From positions 16,740,001 to 16,804,000 of the forward strand of contig OX597831.1 of the NCBI GenBank assembly GCA_951406725.2: a DNA stretch of 64,000 bases, written 5' to 3'. Positions within the stretch are counted from its first letter, which is position 1; every line of letters starts with the position of its first letter. Source of the stretch: Octopus vulgaris (lineage: Eukaryota). A model generated the notes under the pieces. That model did no database searches. It saw only the letters and a program-made list of their open reading frames with translations, and was not told the origin of the DNA. Made by a program: the position numbers and the translations under genes. This document shows positions 62,243 through 64,000 of the stretch, piece by piece.

Positions 62243-62247
<5 letters not shown>

Positions 62248-62872
62248 AACATAATAACAAACATAATTTTCGGTTTAAAAAAAAAAAAAAACCTTTTTTT
62301 TTTTTAGACATTCATTAGTACAACATCCCCACCCCCAAATATATGGCACACTAGGCATAACAACAACATGTTGTCATTTGAGGTCTCTGGGTGAGACTTG
62401 GAGCCAACTTGTACAAATATAAAGCAAAAGTCAAACATAGAATAATAATAATAATAATAATAGAAATCAGCAAAATGTGGAAGCTGAAGACTAAAACAAT
62501 ACCTGTTGTCATAGGTGCCCTGGGAATGATAGCAAAAGGGGCTAATAGCTACCTAACTCAGATACCAGGAAACCCCAAAATGGCAGAAATTCAAAAGATG
62601 GTGCTCATGGAAACTGCTCATATCCTACGCAAAATACGCACAATACTTTCTATGTAATCTCAAGGTTTAAAAAAACATAATTTTCGGTTTTAAAAAGAAA
62701 AAAATTTTTTTTTTTAGACATTCATTAGTACAACACCAAAAACTCCCCCCCCAAAAAAATATATGGCACACTAGGCATACCAACAACATGAACTTCCAAC
62801 CTGTTGTCTCTTCAGGTCTCTGTGTGAGACTTGGAGCCAACATGTACAAATATAAAGCAAAACTCAAACATA

Positions 62873-62873
<1 letters not shown>
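62243..62873 (+). mobile_element. Two tandem R4/Dong family B 3' stubs (62243-62440, 62461-62873)
   Basis: Both match the 3' end of 14284-15845; separated and followed by (AAT)n. Confidence 0.88.
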
Positions 62874-62944
<71 letters not shown>

Positions 62945-63053
62945 TAATAATAATAATAATAAATGTCTATTACTACTATCGATTCAAACTGTTTGAACGA
63001 TTGGACCCCACCGCACAAAAAATTAAATTAAAAAAAATTACATGAGCCACACA

Positions 63054-63129
<76 letters not shown>

Positions 63130-63480
63130 GCTACTGCTGCTGCTGTGGCTACTACTGCTACTACTACTGCTGCTACTGCTGCTACTGCTGCTGCTACTAC
63201 TACTGCTGTTGCTGCTACTACTTCTGCTGCATTTACTGCTGCTGCTACCGCTGCTGCTTCTACAAGTACGGCCACTACTACTGCTGCAACTGCTGCTACT
63301 GATGCTGCTGCTACCAATGCTGCTGCTGCTACTACTACTGGTACTACCACATTTGCTGATACTACCACTGCTGCTGCTGATGCTGTTGCTGCTGCCACTA
63401 CTATTGCTACTTCCACTGCCGCTCCAACTGCTGACAATAATATTCCTGCTGCTAACAACTACTGGGGCTGCTGCTGCTGC
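63054..63480. repeat. (ACT)n grading into degenerate (GCT/ACT)n
   Basis: Direct inspection. Confidence 0.9.
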
Positions 63481-63659
63481 TAAAGATGATAAATGAGACT
63501 CCTCTATGAAAATTAGTGGTTAAATCTTATCTTTAATTTTTTTTATTATTGTTATTGTTATTGTTGTTATTATTATCATGTTTTTTTCATTTTTAAAAAT
63601 TTTTTAATGAAAACTTAATAATAATTTAACTTTACTTAAAAAGAAAATTTTTTTAAATT

Positions 63660-64000
63660 ACACCGCTTCGCTTGTCCAATGGTTATAAAGGAAGCTCGCC
63701 CGTCAGGAGGCTGCCAGCCTGATGGCGAAAATTTTTCAAATGGCAGAATATCTTCCCCGAATACGAACCTGGAAGGTCACTTAAACTTAAATTAAGCCCC
63801 CAAAGTTCACCATCACAACGACCAGAAAATCAAAGAAGTAAAAGAACTAAATGGAACCAGGAAGAATATAAAGAAGTAATATATGCTTATTACTTTGCAT
63901 TAAGTAGGTCAACCAGAGCAAAACACACCGCAAACTCCTACAGAATTTGGAGGAGTCGGAATCCAGCTAGCAGACCAAACCTGGATGAAAACAGATTAGT
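63660..64000 (+). mobile_element. 5' part of another R4/Dong-like element, running off the window
   Basis: KRTKWNQEEYKEVIYAYYFAL..SYRIWRSRNP..LDENRL aligns with the family A N-terminus KRHKWTREGYISILHAYF..TYEIW..MNTNKI (17655-17825). Confidence 0.7.

Noticed and set aside
63145-63483. Thr/Ala-rich ORF resembling antifreeze glycoprotein or mucin
   Set aside because: It grades directly out of a pure (ACT)n tract, has no ATG, no signal peptide and no clear splice sites, and is open in several frames on both strands. Best explained as a degenerate trinucleotide repeat.

Overview
AT-rich, microsatellite-dense eukaryotic DNA. The SINE and retroelement repertoire points to an octopus/coleoid cephalopod genome (inference from recalled consensus sequences). 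Most of the window is decayed mobile DNA: over a dozen R4/Dong-like RLE retrotransposon pieces, mostly in (AAT)n tracts, plus RTE, CR1-like, L1/Tx1-like and Penelope-like elements (with hammerhead ribozyme motifs), Tc1, Tigger and mariner remnants, SINEs, foldback hairpins and Helitron-like ends. Under the repeats is a large tandem segmental duplication (about 2.45-16.8 kb colinear with about 28.7-61.7 kb). Each copy carries a spliced + strand gene that the ORF track misses. Copy 1 has exons 10300-10339, 16051-16150 and 22647-22831; copy 2 has exons 45146-45188 and 55378-55477, with the rest probably beyond the window. The gene encodes a signal-peptide-bearing, cysteine-rich protein with three CY-x6-C motifs that I cannot assign to a family. 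The paralogues keep all Cys and splice sites but differ at 12 of 32 residues in exon 2. All alignments and counts were done by eye.
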